64,000 nt of DNA, from positions 71,871-135,870 of the forward strand of contig JBGSUI010000059.1 of NCBI GenBank assembly GCA_041736175.1, given 5' to 3'. The translations under genes and the position numbers were made by a program. The notes under the pieces were generated by a model, which was given only the letters and a program-made list of their open reading frames with translations, did not search any database and had not been told where the DNA came from. Source of the DNA: Oligoflexales bacterium (lineage in GTDB: Bacteria > Bdellovibrionota_B > Oligoflexia > Oligoflexales > CAIYRB01). Shown here one piece after another: positions 52,042-61,571 of the stretch; the stretch's first letter is position 1, and each line of letters starts with the position of its first letter.

Positions 52042-52788
52042 GTGAGTATTTTTAATAAATTCAAAGAGTTCTTTGTAGGCCGAGAAGACAAAAAGATCGA
52101 AAGTGCCCTTGAGAAAATCAAAGATCCCAAAGCGATCCGGGATGATCGCATGGCGGCCATTCAGTATCTATGCTCCCTTGAATCCTGGGAGCAGGCTGTT
52201 CCAGCTCTCTTACAGAGATTTGAATACAGCTTGGAGCATGGGATCAACGACACCCGTGAGAAAGAAGCCTGTCTCAAGGGTATCGTCGCTTATGGCCAGG
52301 GGGCTCTGCCTGCAGTTAAAGAACACCTTAAAAACTCGTTGCGCATAGCATGGCCCATCAAAATTATCAAAGAGCTGGGGGATGAAAGTCATCTCACGGA
52401 GATTCTTTTTGATTGTTTAGATTTTACCGATGTCTCTCTTGATCAAGCAAAAGTCGATAAAAACTATGATATCCTTTGCTACTTAAGGGATTGTAAGCTG
52501 CCCCAAAGTAAAATGGTGGAGATCTGCCATTTTCTTAAAGACCACGACGAACGGGTTCGATTTGCTTCGACAGAGGTCTTGATTGAACAAGATGATCCAA
52601 TCATCGCTAACTTTCTAGAGCCTTTTTTAGGGGACGAAAGCCCAGACAACACCCGGATAAGGCAGTCTTCTCTCCAGGCTTTTATCGATAAAGGGTGGAA
52701 GGTAGAGAAAATCGATCGGTTTCCCCAAAACCATATTGTTGGTCCCGTTTACGTTCGGCAAGATGGGTCGGTCTTTGTAAGAGCTTAG
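52042..52788 (+). CDS. HEAT-repeat hypothetical protein
   Basis: AVPALL..F, FLKDHDERVRFAS, LEPFLGDES...IRQ. Probable GTG start at 52042. Confidence 0.75.
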   Translation: MSIFNKFKEFFVGREDKKIESALEKIKDPKAIRDDRMAAIQYLCSLESWEQAVPALLQRFEYSLEHGINDTREKEACLKGIVAYGQGALPAVKEHLKNSLRIAWPIKIIKELGDESHLTEILFDCLDFTDVSLDQAKVDKNYDILCYLRDCKLPQSKMVEICHFLKDHDERVRFASTEVLIEQDDPIIANFLEPFLGDESPDNTRIRQSSLQAFIDKGWKVEKIDRFPQNHIVGPVYVRQDGSVFVRA

Positions 52789-53876
52789 AGTTGTGACCCT
52801 TTTGCTTTATCTTTTTCGTGGACAGCGTCTTTAAACTGGGGCGGGTAGCGCCTTAAAACAGGTTCTACTTTAGTCATGCCTTCGGCAGCGGTGGCGGGAT
52901 CAGCGGGTCTATTAAACGTTAGAGCGGTGATCAAATGTTTCCAGTCAGTGGCATTTGTAGAAGCATCATTTTGTAAAAGACCTGAGAGAAAACTGGTGAT
53001 TTGTGGTCCAAAGTGATTAAAGTTACTAAAGCCCCTATGGCCAATGATATCGATTTTAAGCTGCTGTTCAGGAGATTTTCCAGCGTTTAAGGCTTTAGCC
53101 GCATCGATGATAAGTTCCTCTATGGGCTCTGATTTGCAGCCATTCACCACGACTATCTTATAGGGGTTGAATTTGGGGTTATAATTGCTTTTGAAGGCTT
53201 CAATGGCTTCAGGATAGATTCCAGGACCTTCTCCTCCGCCAAAAAACCGTTGCATAAGGGTTTTATCATCGGCTTTATTGTCTAATTGGTCTTTGTAAAA
53301 GTGGCCATTGATCATCGTAATATCGTTTTCAGCGATAGATTGTCCAAATTTTTTATGAACTTGGTCTATGTAACCGATGGTTACCGTGATATCCCAGTAG
53401 GCTTCTTCATCAACCTTCCAAAGTTCACGCCCGTAACCTTTGACATTAAATCGTTTGACGAGAGGCGCGCCCCCTACATTGTTTTCTTCGACGATTTCCT
53501 TAAGAGAGTCTGGCTTTCCGTCTTTATCGCTGTCAAGGTTAGCATCAAGAAGGCCCCCACGATCGCTCACAGTTTTAAACCAATCTTTCAGATTGGCATA
53601 CGCTTTGGTGCCAGTGTCAGATTCTGCTCCTGCACCGCTTCTATGCACGTCACCATCGTAGGTGATAAAGATACCCACTTTTACGATTCTGGTTTGATTG
53701 GCGTCGGTGAGGCCAATGCCATTGTAGAGCGGCTCGACCACGGCGCCGCCATTTTTGGCCTCATAATCAGAGATTTCTTGGTAGTTTGAGCCATCTAGGG
53801 CTGAGTCTGACATAACACCGCCGCAGCTCACTGCTCCAAACAAGACATAGATATATTTTGAACTACTTATAAACAT
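52785..53876 (-). CDS. Hypothetical lipoprotein with possible clan CD His-Cys peptidase dyad
   Basis: GAVSC lipobox-like; ITMINGH and IVVVNGC motifs. Confidence 0.6.
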   Translation of the reverse strand: MFISSSKYIYVLFGAVSCGGVMSDSALDGSNYQEISDYEAKNGGAVVEPLYNGIGLTDANQTRIVKVGIFITYDGDVHRSGAGAESDTGTKAYANLKDWFKTVSDRGGLLDANLDSDKDGKPDSLKEIVEENNVGGAPLVKRFNVKGYGRELWKVDEEAYWDITVTIGYIDQVHKKFGQSIAENDITMINGHFYKDQLDNKADDKTLMQRFFGGGEGPGIYPEAIEAFKSNYNPKFNPYKIVVVNGCKSEPIEELIIDAAKALNAGKSPEQQLKIDIIGHRGFSNFNHFGPQITSFLSGLLQNDASTNATDWKHLITALTFNRPADPATAAEGMTKVEPVLRRYPPQFKDAVHEKDKAKGSQL

Positions 53877-53911
53877 GTTGGCCCCCGAATGGTTTATGGT
53901 TGTTTAGAGAT

Positions 53912-54889
53912 TTAGTTTTGTGACAAAGTTTTGTATAAATTTGGAAAATAGATATCTACGAGACGGTAACGCTGCATGTGACCGTTTTGTTTGATAAGGT
54001 AAGTCGCCTGGTAACCAATATAAGCCGAGCTTTTTTCAAGCCTCTCTTTAGAAGGATCCACCGGGATGGCGTTGACCGAGAGTGATTCCACGGCGGTCTT
54101 AGCGAGTGAAATCAGTTCCTGTGACTCAGAGATACCGTTGCTATTTTTATCTTCCCAAAGAAGTAGTTTGGCAAAAACAGTGTCGAATCGATTGATCACC
54201 CCATCCTGATTGGTGTCATATTGGGCTAGAGCCTCAAAGCCGTGAGTGGCTTTTAGAGAAAGAGGTAAGGTACCAAGCAGTGCTGTCGCGCTTCCAAAGA
54301 GTTCCGAGCCATCATCTATTGTTCCATTATGATTAAGATCAAGAGCGAGCCAGCGGTCGTCCGGCTTGATCCATTCAATCGGAGTCCTGATCCCCGCGGC
54401 ACTTATGTCAAACAGGACTTTACGTCCAGTTTCAGCAAAGGTTGTTTTAAAGACGCCGTCTTGGTTCCAGTCAAGGGCTAGAGGAGTGTCACCCTGGGCG
54501 TTCGTGAGAGCGTTCAGCAGTCCAAGGGCAGGGCGATCGCGGCGAGGTTTTTTGGATTTGTTAGGGGAGTCGCCATTTGGGCCGTTTTTACCACCGTTAA
54601 GTGTGTCGTCATCATCACCACCACTTTTGCTCTTTTTGCCTTTATTGTTGATGTCCTCCTCATTGGAGACTTTCTTGCCCTTGTTGTTTTGGTCGGCCTC
54701 ATTGACGATGCCATCTCCATTGGTGTCTCCAGGGAGGCCTTTACCCTCACCACTCCCGTCACCAGAGCCTTCTTTGTTGACCATTTTCCCGTTTTTTGCG
54801 TTAAAAACACTATCTTTGCAGCTTGTGAGTGCAAGCATTCCAGACATACAAAAGGCCAGCGAAATAGTGGGCATGAAGTTTGATTTCAT
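53912..54889 (-). CDS. Lipoprotein with DxDxDG calcium-binding repeats
   Basis: LTSC; GDTNGDG, PLALDWNQDG, LALDLNHNGTIDDGSELFG, GFEALAQYDTNQDG, WEDKNSNG. Confidence 0.8.
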   Translation of the reverse strand: MKSNFMPTISLAFCMSGMLALTSCKDSVFNAKNGKMVNKEGSGDGSGEGKGLPGDTNGDGIVNEADQNNKGKKVSNEEDINNKGKKSKSGGDDDDTLNGGKNGPNGDSPNKSKKPRRDRPALGLLNALTNAQGDTPLALDWNQDGVFKTTFAETGRKVLFDISAAGIRTPIEWIKPDDRWLALDLNHNGTIDDGSELFGSATALLGTLPLSLKATHGFEALAQYDTNQDGVINRFDTVFAKLLLWEDKNSNGISESQELISLAKTAVESLSVNAIPVDPSKERLEKSSAYIGYQATYLIKQNGHMQRYRLVDIYFPNLYKTLSQN

Positions 54890-55208
54890 GGGTATCTCCG
54901 TTGAAGTCGAGATTAGAGATTTACATGGGCTTTTTCTTTATCGGAAAAGGTTGGAAAAAACTTTAGGTTGATCTATTATTTATTAGATATCGGTTAGTTG
55001 CGTGGTCTATAAAAGGGGGCCCTATGGGATGGGGCCATGAATTGGGACAAGAGGGGTCATCATTTTGTCCAGCATCCTTCTATCATCTTGGTTTCACAAA
55101 GATGATTTAGGATCCTGAGCCTTAAACCCAAAACATGTGTTTTCCACTTTAGGAAAAGTTGGTGCATCCTCTGCCTCGGAAGCAGGGAGTCTCGACGATT
55201 TCATTGAT

Positions 55209-56786
55209 TCATTGGATGGTCTTGATCTCTTTAAAACCAACCCCTGGAGTGAGTTCAAGCAGTTGTACCGAATTGCCATAAAAAGATCCGGAAAGTATGC
55301 GGCCTTCCCCATTGATTGCCAGTTGGTAGTAGGTGACGACACTGTCTTTGGTCAAAGAACCTTCGATCAGGCTGGACCAAGAGCTATCTTCAAAGATTTT
55401 CGCGGCCAGAGCGAAGTACTGGTCCTTTCGGCTCCAGTTGAGCACGTCCCTGAAGTGGTTGACCACCAGGGATTTAAACCCCTGCACATAGGTGACCTCG
55501 AAGTCTCCAGGAAAATTGAGTTTGTTGGCTTCAGGGCCATTGAATCCATAAACCCGTTCAAACTGCATGATGTCGCCCGTCTGTGGAGGCGATTTTGGAT
55601 CGGTCACGCGGAGGTTTCCCACGATGTTGACTTGGACAATCTGATTGGAGTGGGGCCCTTTTGTTTGGGAGTTACGGTGAGACAGATAAAAAATATTGGG
55701 ATCATCTGGGTCAGGTTTGGCTTCCCAAAAGTTAGATCGGTAGTACTTGTAGGACGGATCGTTGGCAAAGGCACTCTGGTCAGGGGTCCCGTCGAGGTTA
55801 CGGAGTTTAAAATACATCCATCTAGATTCCAGCTGGACCGAGGGACGGTTGAGGTTTTTAAGAGGAAATTCGCAGGTCTCATCGGGGGTCTTGGTACAAT
55901 CAGGGGCATTGGAGCGTTCCCCAGAGATATCGTAGACGAAAAACTGATAGGGCCAGCGACGTCCCCGCTGGTTGCTGGAATTGGGTTTGTTTTCCAGGAC
56001 GTCAGGGACTTCATTAGGCCACTTCGAGCCATCGGGGGCCAAGACTTCTTTAGCCGCACTGTCGTACCGAGTGGTGTCAGCATACTCGAGATCTCCCAGG
56101 GTGTTTTGGGAAGGATCTGTGGTAAACCCCAGGATCACCTCACGAACCGGGTCGATATAAAGGGCTCGTCGAGGCACCCCATAGTTGCGCACCAGTTTGA
56201 GGGTACTTTGGGAGCGATCGGCTGCCAAGGTCCCGAGATAAAGCTGCCCCTCCATACAGGTGATGGCAAAGTATTTGTAGTCTTTTCGGATCGTAGCTCC
56301 AAAGGGAGTGCATTCCAGCTCAAAGTCCGCCCGAAGCTCAGGTTGCAGCGGGTTTTTTCCCAGATCATACAACTGCGCTCTGGGGGGGAAGTTGGTAGGA
56401 CCCCGGTCCGTCGTGATCAGCAGATCGTTGCCGGAAACGATAAGGTTACGCCCCATCCTCGGGACCTCAATCACCCCTTTTTTGTCGCCATTCCGATCGA
56501 TCACCAGAACCGAGCCCACATTGTAGGTTCGGTCGAAATCAGCGTTAAGCACATAGAAAAACTGGCCATCATCGGAGACCCCAATATCCACAGGGCTGGC
56601 CACCCGGTCCTCGATGGGGGGGAATTTTTCTTCGGAGGTGCAACCGAAAAAGCCTCCCCAAAAAACACCCATAAAAATAGCGAAGACTTTTGCGGACGGT
56701 ACCAGACGGGACCGCCCCAGTGTCGTGGGAATTGATTGGTAAATCTTCAGCATTTTCGCCCTCTCATAAATCCGGGGCTTTAGCAT
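55209..56786 (-). CDS. Hypothetical lipoprotein, YncE-like beta-propeller N-terminus
   Basis: GFFGC; PVDIGVSDDGQFFYVLNADFD...GSVLVID. True start is probably downstream of 56786. Confidence 0.7.
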   Translation of the reverse strand: MLKPRIYERAKMLKIYQSIPTTLGRSRLVPSAKVFAIFMGVFWGGFFGCTSEEKFPPIEDRVASPVDIGVSDDGQFFYVLNADFDRTYNVGSVLVIDRNGDKKGVIEVPRMGRNLIVSGNDLLITTDRGPTNFPPRAQLYDLGKNPLQPELRADFELECTPFGATIRKDYKYFAITCMEGQLYLGTLAADRSQSTLKLVRNYGVPRRALYIDPVREVILGFTTDPSQNTLGDLEYADTTRYDSAAKEVLAPDGSKWPNEVPDVLENKPNSSNQRGRRWPYQFFVYDISGERSNAPDCTKTPDETCEFPLKNLNRPSVQLESRWMYFKLRNLDGTPDQSAFANDPSYKYYRSNFWEAKPDPDDPNIFYLSHRNSQTKGPHSNQIVQVNIVGNLRVTDPKSPPQTGDIMQFERVYGFNGPEANKLNFPGDFEVTYVQGFKSLVVNHFRDVLNWSRKDQYFALAAKIFEDSSWSSLIEGSLTKDSVVTYYQLAINGEGRILSGSFYGNSVQLLELTPGVGFKEIKTIQ

Positions 56787-56886
56787 CGCATGGTCCTGGA
56801 CTATGGAAAAGTCTTATTTTAGGCTTGTTCCAAGCGCGAGGGCTGGGTATGACAACACTTCTATTTCAAGGCTGCGAGGTGAACTT

Positions 56887-57507
56887 ATGGCTTCTTTCAA
56901 CCGCGTTGTGATTCTGGGAAATCTTGGTCAAAACCCAGAGCTGCGCTTTACAACCAACCAAACGGCGGTATGCACTCTTAATATCGCCACCACAGAGTAC
57001 CGGACCGGTGCTGATGGGCAACGAGTGGAACAGACGGAGTGGCACCGGGTGGTGGCCTTTAGCAAGCAAGCCGAAAACTGTCACAAATACCTGGCTAAAG
57101 GTCGGAGTGTCCTCGTCGAAGGACGGCTGCAAACCCGGTCTTGGGAAGATCAGAAAACCGGACAGAAACGCTATACGACCGAAATCGTCGCCCAAACGGT
57201 GCAGTTTATCGGAGGGGGTCAAGGGGCGATGCTGGATCGGGGAGTCGGTCAGCTCCCCCAACCGGGTCAGCAAGCCGCCGGTGGCAGTGGATCCCCAGGC
57301 AACTACGGCTACGGCGGTGGTGGCGGCTATGGAGCAGGCCTCGTCGGGGCGACCAGTGCACCTTCTTATAGCGGCGGATCTTCCTCCGGGGCACTGCCCC
57401 CTCGTCCGGAAACCCCCCGCCGCTTTGAGAGCGACCCCATCGAGCCAGGGGACTCGGGGGATTTTGGCGGGGTTCCACCCCCAGGTCTCGAAGAGATCCC
57501 TTTTTAA
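56887..57507 (+). CDS. ssb: Single-stranded DNA-binding protein
   Basis: MASFNRVVILGNLG, TEWHRVV, EGRLQTRSW, Gly-rich linker, EEIPF tail. ATG 56887 follows GAGG. Confidence 0.97.
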   Translation: MASFNRVVILGNLGQNPELRFTTNQTAVCTLNIATTEYRTGADGQRVEQTEWHRVVAFSKQAENCHKYLAKGRSVLVEGRLQTRSWEDQKTGQKRYTTEIVAQTVQFIGGGQGAMLDRGVGQLPQPGQQAAGGSGSPGNYGYGGGGGYGAGLVGATSAPSYSGGSSSGALPPRPETPRRFESDPIEPGDSGDFGGVPPPGLEEIPF

Positions 57508-57518
57508 GGAGCGTGGCT

Positions 57519-59300
57519 CTAACCCTGGGCCATTTTCACAAATAGATCCTCAATCCGGTGTGCACGATCAACGGCGTCTTTTTTAAGGCCCGTGAGATCT
57601 TGCAAACCTATGCCCCGAGGATCCTTTACTGAAATGTAGAATTTTATTTTTGGCTCAGTTCCCGACGGCCTGACGGTAATCTTAGTGCCATCGACAAGGA
57701 TAAATTGGAGGACATTTGAACTCGGAAGAGTGATATCGGTCGACGAAACCCACTTTTTGTCTGTGAGGGTGAATTCGTGGCGAGTTTTATAATCGCGCAA
57801 GCTTTTAACGCTGATCTGGTCGATGCTTCGGGGTGGGTCTTTGCGGAGTTTTGACATCATCGATTGGATGGCCTCGGAACCATCCTTCCCAGGAAGAGTC
57901 AGTTCCTTTAGCGTCTCATGGTAAATTCCATGTTTACGAAACAAACCATCGAGGACTAATTCGGCGCTGGTTTTGTTTGTTTTTTGGTCGAGAACCATCT
58001 GGGCTGCAAGACAGCAGGCGATGACGGCATCTTTGTCGCGAACAAAGGTGTCAGCCAAAAAGCCATAACTTTCCTCCCCACCACATACAAAACTGCGGCG
58101 GGGTTTACGGGCGCCAGACTCATAGTCTTCGATAACCTGACAGATCCATTTGAAGCCCGTAAGTGTGTCCTCGCAATCAGCGCCAAATTCTCTGGCGATT
58201 TCTTCCTGAAGGTCTGTGGTGACAATCGTTTTAAGGATGAGTGGATTGTGAGGCAGCTTTTTTTGGGCGGATAGATTGGAGAGCACATAGTGATTGAGAA
58301 GGGTGCCGATTTGATTGCCATTAGGTCGGAAAAATCGGTCCCCTATACGGATCTCAAGTCCGATTCGATCACAGTCGGGATCGGTGGCCATGATAAGGTC
58401 GGCATTGGTTTTTTTGGCCAATTCCCGCGCAAGGTCAAGGGCTGCTGGAGCCTCTGGGTTAGGAGATTTAACCGTTGGGAATCTACCATCTGGTTCCCTT
58501 TGCTCCGGGACCACGAGAACGTCCGAAAATCCCATTCTGTGGAGCATCTCTACGACGGGGTAGCAGCCCGATCCGTGGAGTGGAGAATAGACTATTTTAA
58601 GATTTTTACCGTCATTGTGGGTGAGTTTCCAATTTTTTACCCGAGAAAAATAGGCTTCGTCTAACTCAGATCCTATGGTCTTAATCAGCCCTTTTTGTTC
58701 GGCCCCCTTGAAATCCGTGAAGGGGATATCTTTGTAGTCTTTAATCTTTGCATACTCAGCGATCACGGCATCGTCATGGGGGGGGACCAGCTGTCCGCCC
58801 GTTTGCCAATAGACCTTGTAGCCATTGTATTCTGGAGGGTTATGGCTGGCGGTAATACAGATGCCCGCATGGCATTGGAAATGGCGCACCATAAAGGACA
58901 GCATGGGGACCGGGCGCAACTCTTTGGTGATCAGGGCTGTGATTCCATGGGCAGCCAGGACTTCGGCGGCGGCCTTGGCAAATTCATGGGAAAAAAGCCT
59001 TGAATCAAACGAGATAGCCACCTTGAGAAAATTGGTCCCCTTAAATTGCTTGAGCAAGTATTGGCTCAGGGCACAGGTGGCTTTACGGACATTGTAGAGA
59101 TTCATCCGGCTGGTGCCTGCCCCTAAAATCCCCCGTAACCCTCCGGTTCCGAATTCTAGGTCCCGATAAAATCGGTCGACCAGTTCTTTTTCCTCTTTGT
59201 TTTCCAAAAGGCGAGCGACTTCTTGGTGGGTTTCCTTATCAAACACCGGAGATTCAGTCCAATATTTGGCTTTCTCCAGAATATCATTTGCAATTTCCAT
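57519..59300 (-). CDS. pgm: Phosphoglucomutase/phosphomannomutase
   Basis: FGTGGLRG, TASHNP, DPDCDR, GEES, RPSGTEPKIK. Confidence 0.93.
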   Translation of the reverse strand: MEIANDILEKAKYWTESPVFDKETHQEVARLLENKEEKELVDRFYRDLEFGTGGLRGILGAGTSRMNLYNVRKATCALSQYLLKQFKGTNFLKVAISFDSRLFSHEFAKAAAEVLAAHGITALITKELRPVPMLSFMVRHFQCHAGICITASHNPPEYNGYKVYWQTGGQLVPPHDDAVIAEYAKIKDYKDIPFTDFKGAEQKGLIKTIGSELDEAYFSRVKNWKLTHNDGKNLKIVYSPLHGSGCYPVVEMLHRMGFSDVLVVPEQREPDGRFPTVKSPNPEAPAALDLARELAKKTNADLIMATDPDCDRIGLEIRIGDRFFRPNGNQIGTLLNHYVLSNLSAQKKLPHNPLILKTIVTTDLQEEIAREFGADCEDTLTGFKWICQVIEDYESGARKPRRSFVCGGEESYGFLADTFVRDKDAVIACCLAAQMVLDQKTNKTSAELVLDGLFRKHGIYHETLKELTLPGKDGSEAIQSMMSKLRKDPPRSIDQISVKSLRDYKTRHEFTLTDKKWVSSTDITLPSSNVLQFILVDGTKITVRPSGTEPKIKFYISVKDPRGIGLQDLTGLKKDAVDRAHRIEDLFVKMAQG

Positions 59301-59464
59301 AGATTAATCCTTGATTCGAAAGAATACCTCTGATCGACGCCACGGATCCAGCCTATAACCAATCGCCGGTAGTATTCAAGGTGTCCGTATTTCGGATCCA
59401 AAATAAGATGAGAACATTTTGCCAGTTATATCTGGACGTTATTTTTTCCAATGATTCCTGTACA

Positions 59465-59573
59465 ATAACCGCCCTTTGACGCTTCTATCGCCACACGGTA
59501 CAATCATCACGATTTTATCATGATGATTGTACCATCATGGCATTGCCATGATGACTTTATAAGGAAAGAGGAG
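59465..59573 (+). repeat. 109-bp direct repeat, copy 1 (promoter, two palindromes, RBS; no gene behind it)
   Basis: 108/109 identical to 61572-61680; TTGACG(59476)-N17-TACAAT(59499). Confidence 0.97.
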
Positions 59574-59632
59574 TTTCAATTTTTTTCTCCAGGAATTAAG
59601 ATTCCCTGGCGTTTTCGAACCCGGTGCTTTTT

Positions 59633-60436
59633 TCATTTCATATTGGATAGCATAACGCGAACCAGATCCATGGCTAAAGCCAAGTTTTCTGCGCCGGCCA
59701 TCTGTTGGAAGTAGCGGGAACCATCGGCCAGTTGTAATTCTCTTTCGAGAATTTGCTTTATTTTCTCAAGGGGGTTATGACTACATAGTCTTTGTAGGTC
59801 TCGCCCTATCAACGCCGCTCCAGCTCTTTCCACAGTATAGGGATCCATTTCTGACAGATCAGAATGCTCGTCGTAAAATCGGTCGAAGTGTCCCGCATCC
59901 AGATAATTTTTAATGATTGTGTTTATGTCCTGTGGATCCTGAGGTCTTTCGGTGGGCCGATCGTTCCAAGCAATGACTTTCAGGAGTACCAGGCTGGATA
60001 GAGAGGCGATCCGGAGAGTTAAGTTTGTGCTGGTCCGAAATTGATGCGCCGTGTGGAAAGCATCATCGAAACCAAGCATATTCATGATCTTTCCATCTTC
60101 TGGCCAAAGGATTTCGCTCTTTCCAGTCAAAATATCACCAAACGGCATGATGTCGAATATCGCTGCTTTGTAATGGAATCGATGGGGGACCTTAGTCTCC
60201 TTAAATCCGACAGAGATAAGGTGCCCCCTCAGCTTTTTAAAGGCATCCCAGCTGCCGATGCGAACACCCAAGTCTGCGTCTCGGGTCGCACGAACTGGAC
60301 GGATATTATGCTGCTGCAGAAGAATATCCCGAGCGGCCGCACCGACGATGATGAAGTCATCTCCACATACTTTGCCCAGGTGATCCAAGCCTTCAAGCAT
60401 ATCCTTTTCCAAGTTGACTAAAGGCTTTTTATCCAT
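59633..60436 (-). CDS. AbiEii-like nucleotidyltransferase toxin (type IV TA)
   Basis: IIVGAAARD, RATRDADL, DIMPFG, LLKVIAW.DR...DPQD; overlaps the 3' end of the upstream antitoxin gene. Confidence 0.85.
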   Translation of the reverse strand: MDKKPLVNLEKDMLEGLDHLGKVCGDDFIIVGAAARDILLQQHNIRPVRATRDADLGVRIGSWDAFKKLRGHLISVGFKETKVPHRFHYKAAIFDIMPFGDILTGKSEILWPEDGKIMNMLGFDDAFHTAHQFRTSTNLTLRIASLSSLVLLKVIAWNDRPTERPQDPQDINTIIKNYLDAGHFDRFYDEHSDLSEMDPYTVERAGAALIGRDLQRLCSHNPLEKIKQILERELQLADGSRYFQQMAGAENLALAMDLVRVMLSNMK

Positions 60437-61425
60437 AGCTCCCTTACATCCTTTGCAATTCTCATATCTCTTGGATCGCCGCTACCCACAAGATCAGCAT
60501 AGATCAAGGGCAAGTTGACTATACCTTGTCGCGCTTCTTTCCAATCAAAACTCCAGAATTTCTGCCGAACCTCGACTTGTCCGCTTTCTGATGGACGTAG
60601 ACGCAACTCCTTCATCACATCAGTCGGTTTATCGCTATAAATGATGAACCGTTCAGGCAACTCGGATTTGATTATCATGTCAGCGGCTTTTGCGGCGCTC
60701 CAGTAGCCACTTTTAAGCATCATTGGACTGACCCTTAGTTCTTTAAATTGCATTTCATCATGAGGGTTGAAAGTCTTTTTTTCCGTTCGTGGCAGCAACC
60801 TTTTCGTGTATTCCACCGTCCAGAGTTCCAGAATCTTCCCTGGATCCACGAAGCGGATCCTCTGTTTATCATTGACAATGTAATTCGCTTCCTCCAGTTC
60901 TTTTAGATACTTGTTGACCGCGGCAGGAGAGATTCCCACCTCATTGGCCATGATCTGTTGAGTCCTTTTTGGCATCTGACTCTTGGCAGTAAGATAATGG
61001 ATGAACTTAGCCATGGGGACCGATGAAGGAAAAGTGTGACGACCCAATGCAGAGGTGATAGAACCTTCAGCCTTTGGCGACAATGAATTTGAGGAGTTGA
61101 TGTTCGAGATCGTCAAGGGTATAAAGAAATCTCCATCATCAGCAATGTAGGCCGCCTTAGTTTCCTGGAGCATCTTTTTTCGCACAGCCGAAAGACTTCC
61201 CATTTCCAAGATATTGGACAGACTTCCCGACTTGGGCTTTCTCTCACTATTCTGATTGAGTCTCACAAGGAAAGGGTATCCCACTTTTCCTATCTCTATA
61301 ACAATTGTGCCATCAAAAGGTTCATTGATGGATAGGAGAAAAAAGCCAGTCTGTATATAACATTTGAGGCCTGTCTGCTTGACAAATTTATCCAAGGACT
61401 TTTTAATTTTTTTGTCTATGTTCAT
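60418..61425 (-). CDS. AbiEi-family antitoxin / wHTH regulator (type IV TA)
   Basis: HTH TQQIMANEVGISPAAVNKYLKELEE; WSAAKAAD..PERFIIY, KFW, LIYADL..SGDPR. ATG at 61425. Confidence 0.85.
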   Translation of the reverse strand: MNIDKKIKKSLDKFVKQTGLKCYIQTGFFLLSINEPFDGTIVIEIGKVGYPFLVRLNQNSERKPKSGSLSNILEMGSLSAVRKKMLQETKAAYIADDGDFFIPLTISNINSSNSLSPKAEGSITSALGRHTFPSSVPMAKFIHYLTAKSQMPKRTQQIMANEVGISPAAVNKYLKELEEANYIVNDKQRIRFVDPGKILELWTVEYTKRLLPRTEKKTFNPHDEMQFKELRVSPMMLKSGYWSAAKAADMIIKSELPERFIIYSDKPTDVMKELRLRPSESGQVEVRQKFWSFDWKEARQGIVNLPLIYADLVGSGDPRDMRIAKDVRELWIKSL

Positions 61426-61436
61426 AAAATCCAGCT

Positions 61437-61473
61437 TATTCACATAACGTGAATATATCACTTTTTGTGAATA
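61437..61473. promoter_or_regulatory. Putative AbiEi operator inverted repeats
   Basis: TATTCAC-N5-GTGAATA (61437-61455) followed by imperfect ATATCAC-N5-GTGAATA (61455-61473), just upstream of the antitoxin start. Confidence 0.6.
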
Positions 61474-61571
61474 AATGGCAATATCTATGACGTATATTAT
61501 TGAAAATATTGATAAATATATTCACAAAATTTCGGAGTTTGGGCCACCAAAGCGCCCAGTCGTCACAGAGG

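Noticed and set aside
55137..56735. 532-aa plus-strand ORF
   Set aside because: Fully antisense to the 525-aa lipoprotein gene, with no motifs; best explained as a shadow ORF, although its length is notable.
56866..57586. Several overlapping ORFs across ssb
   Set aside because: The GC-rich Gly/Pro linker lacks stops in other frames; no motifs.
59520..59714. Paired small ORFs beginning MMIVPSW (also 61627-61830) as peptide genes
   Set aside because: They arise from the duplicated palindromes; the RBS lies downstream of their starts and the tail of the second is the ATPase N-terminus.
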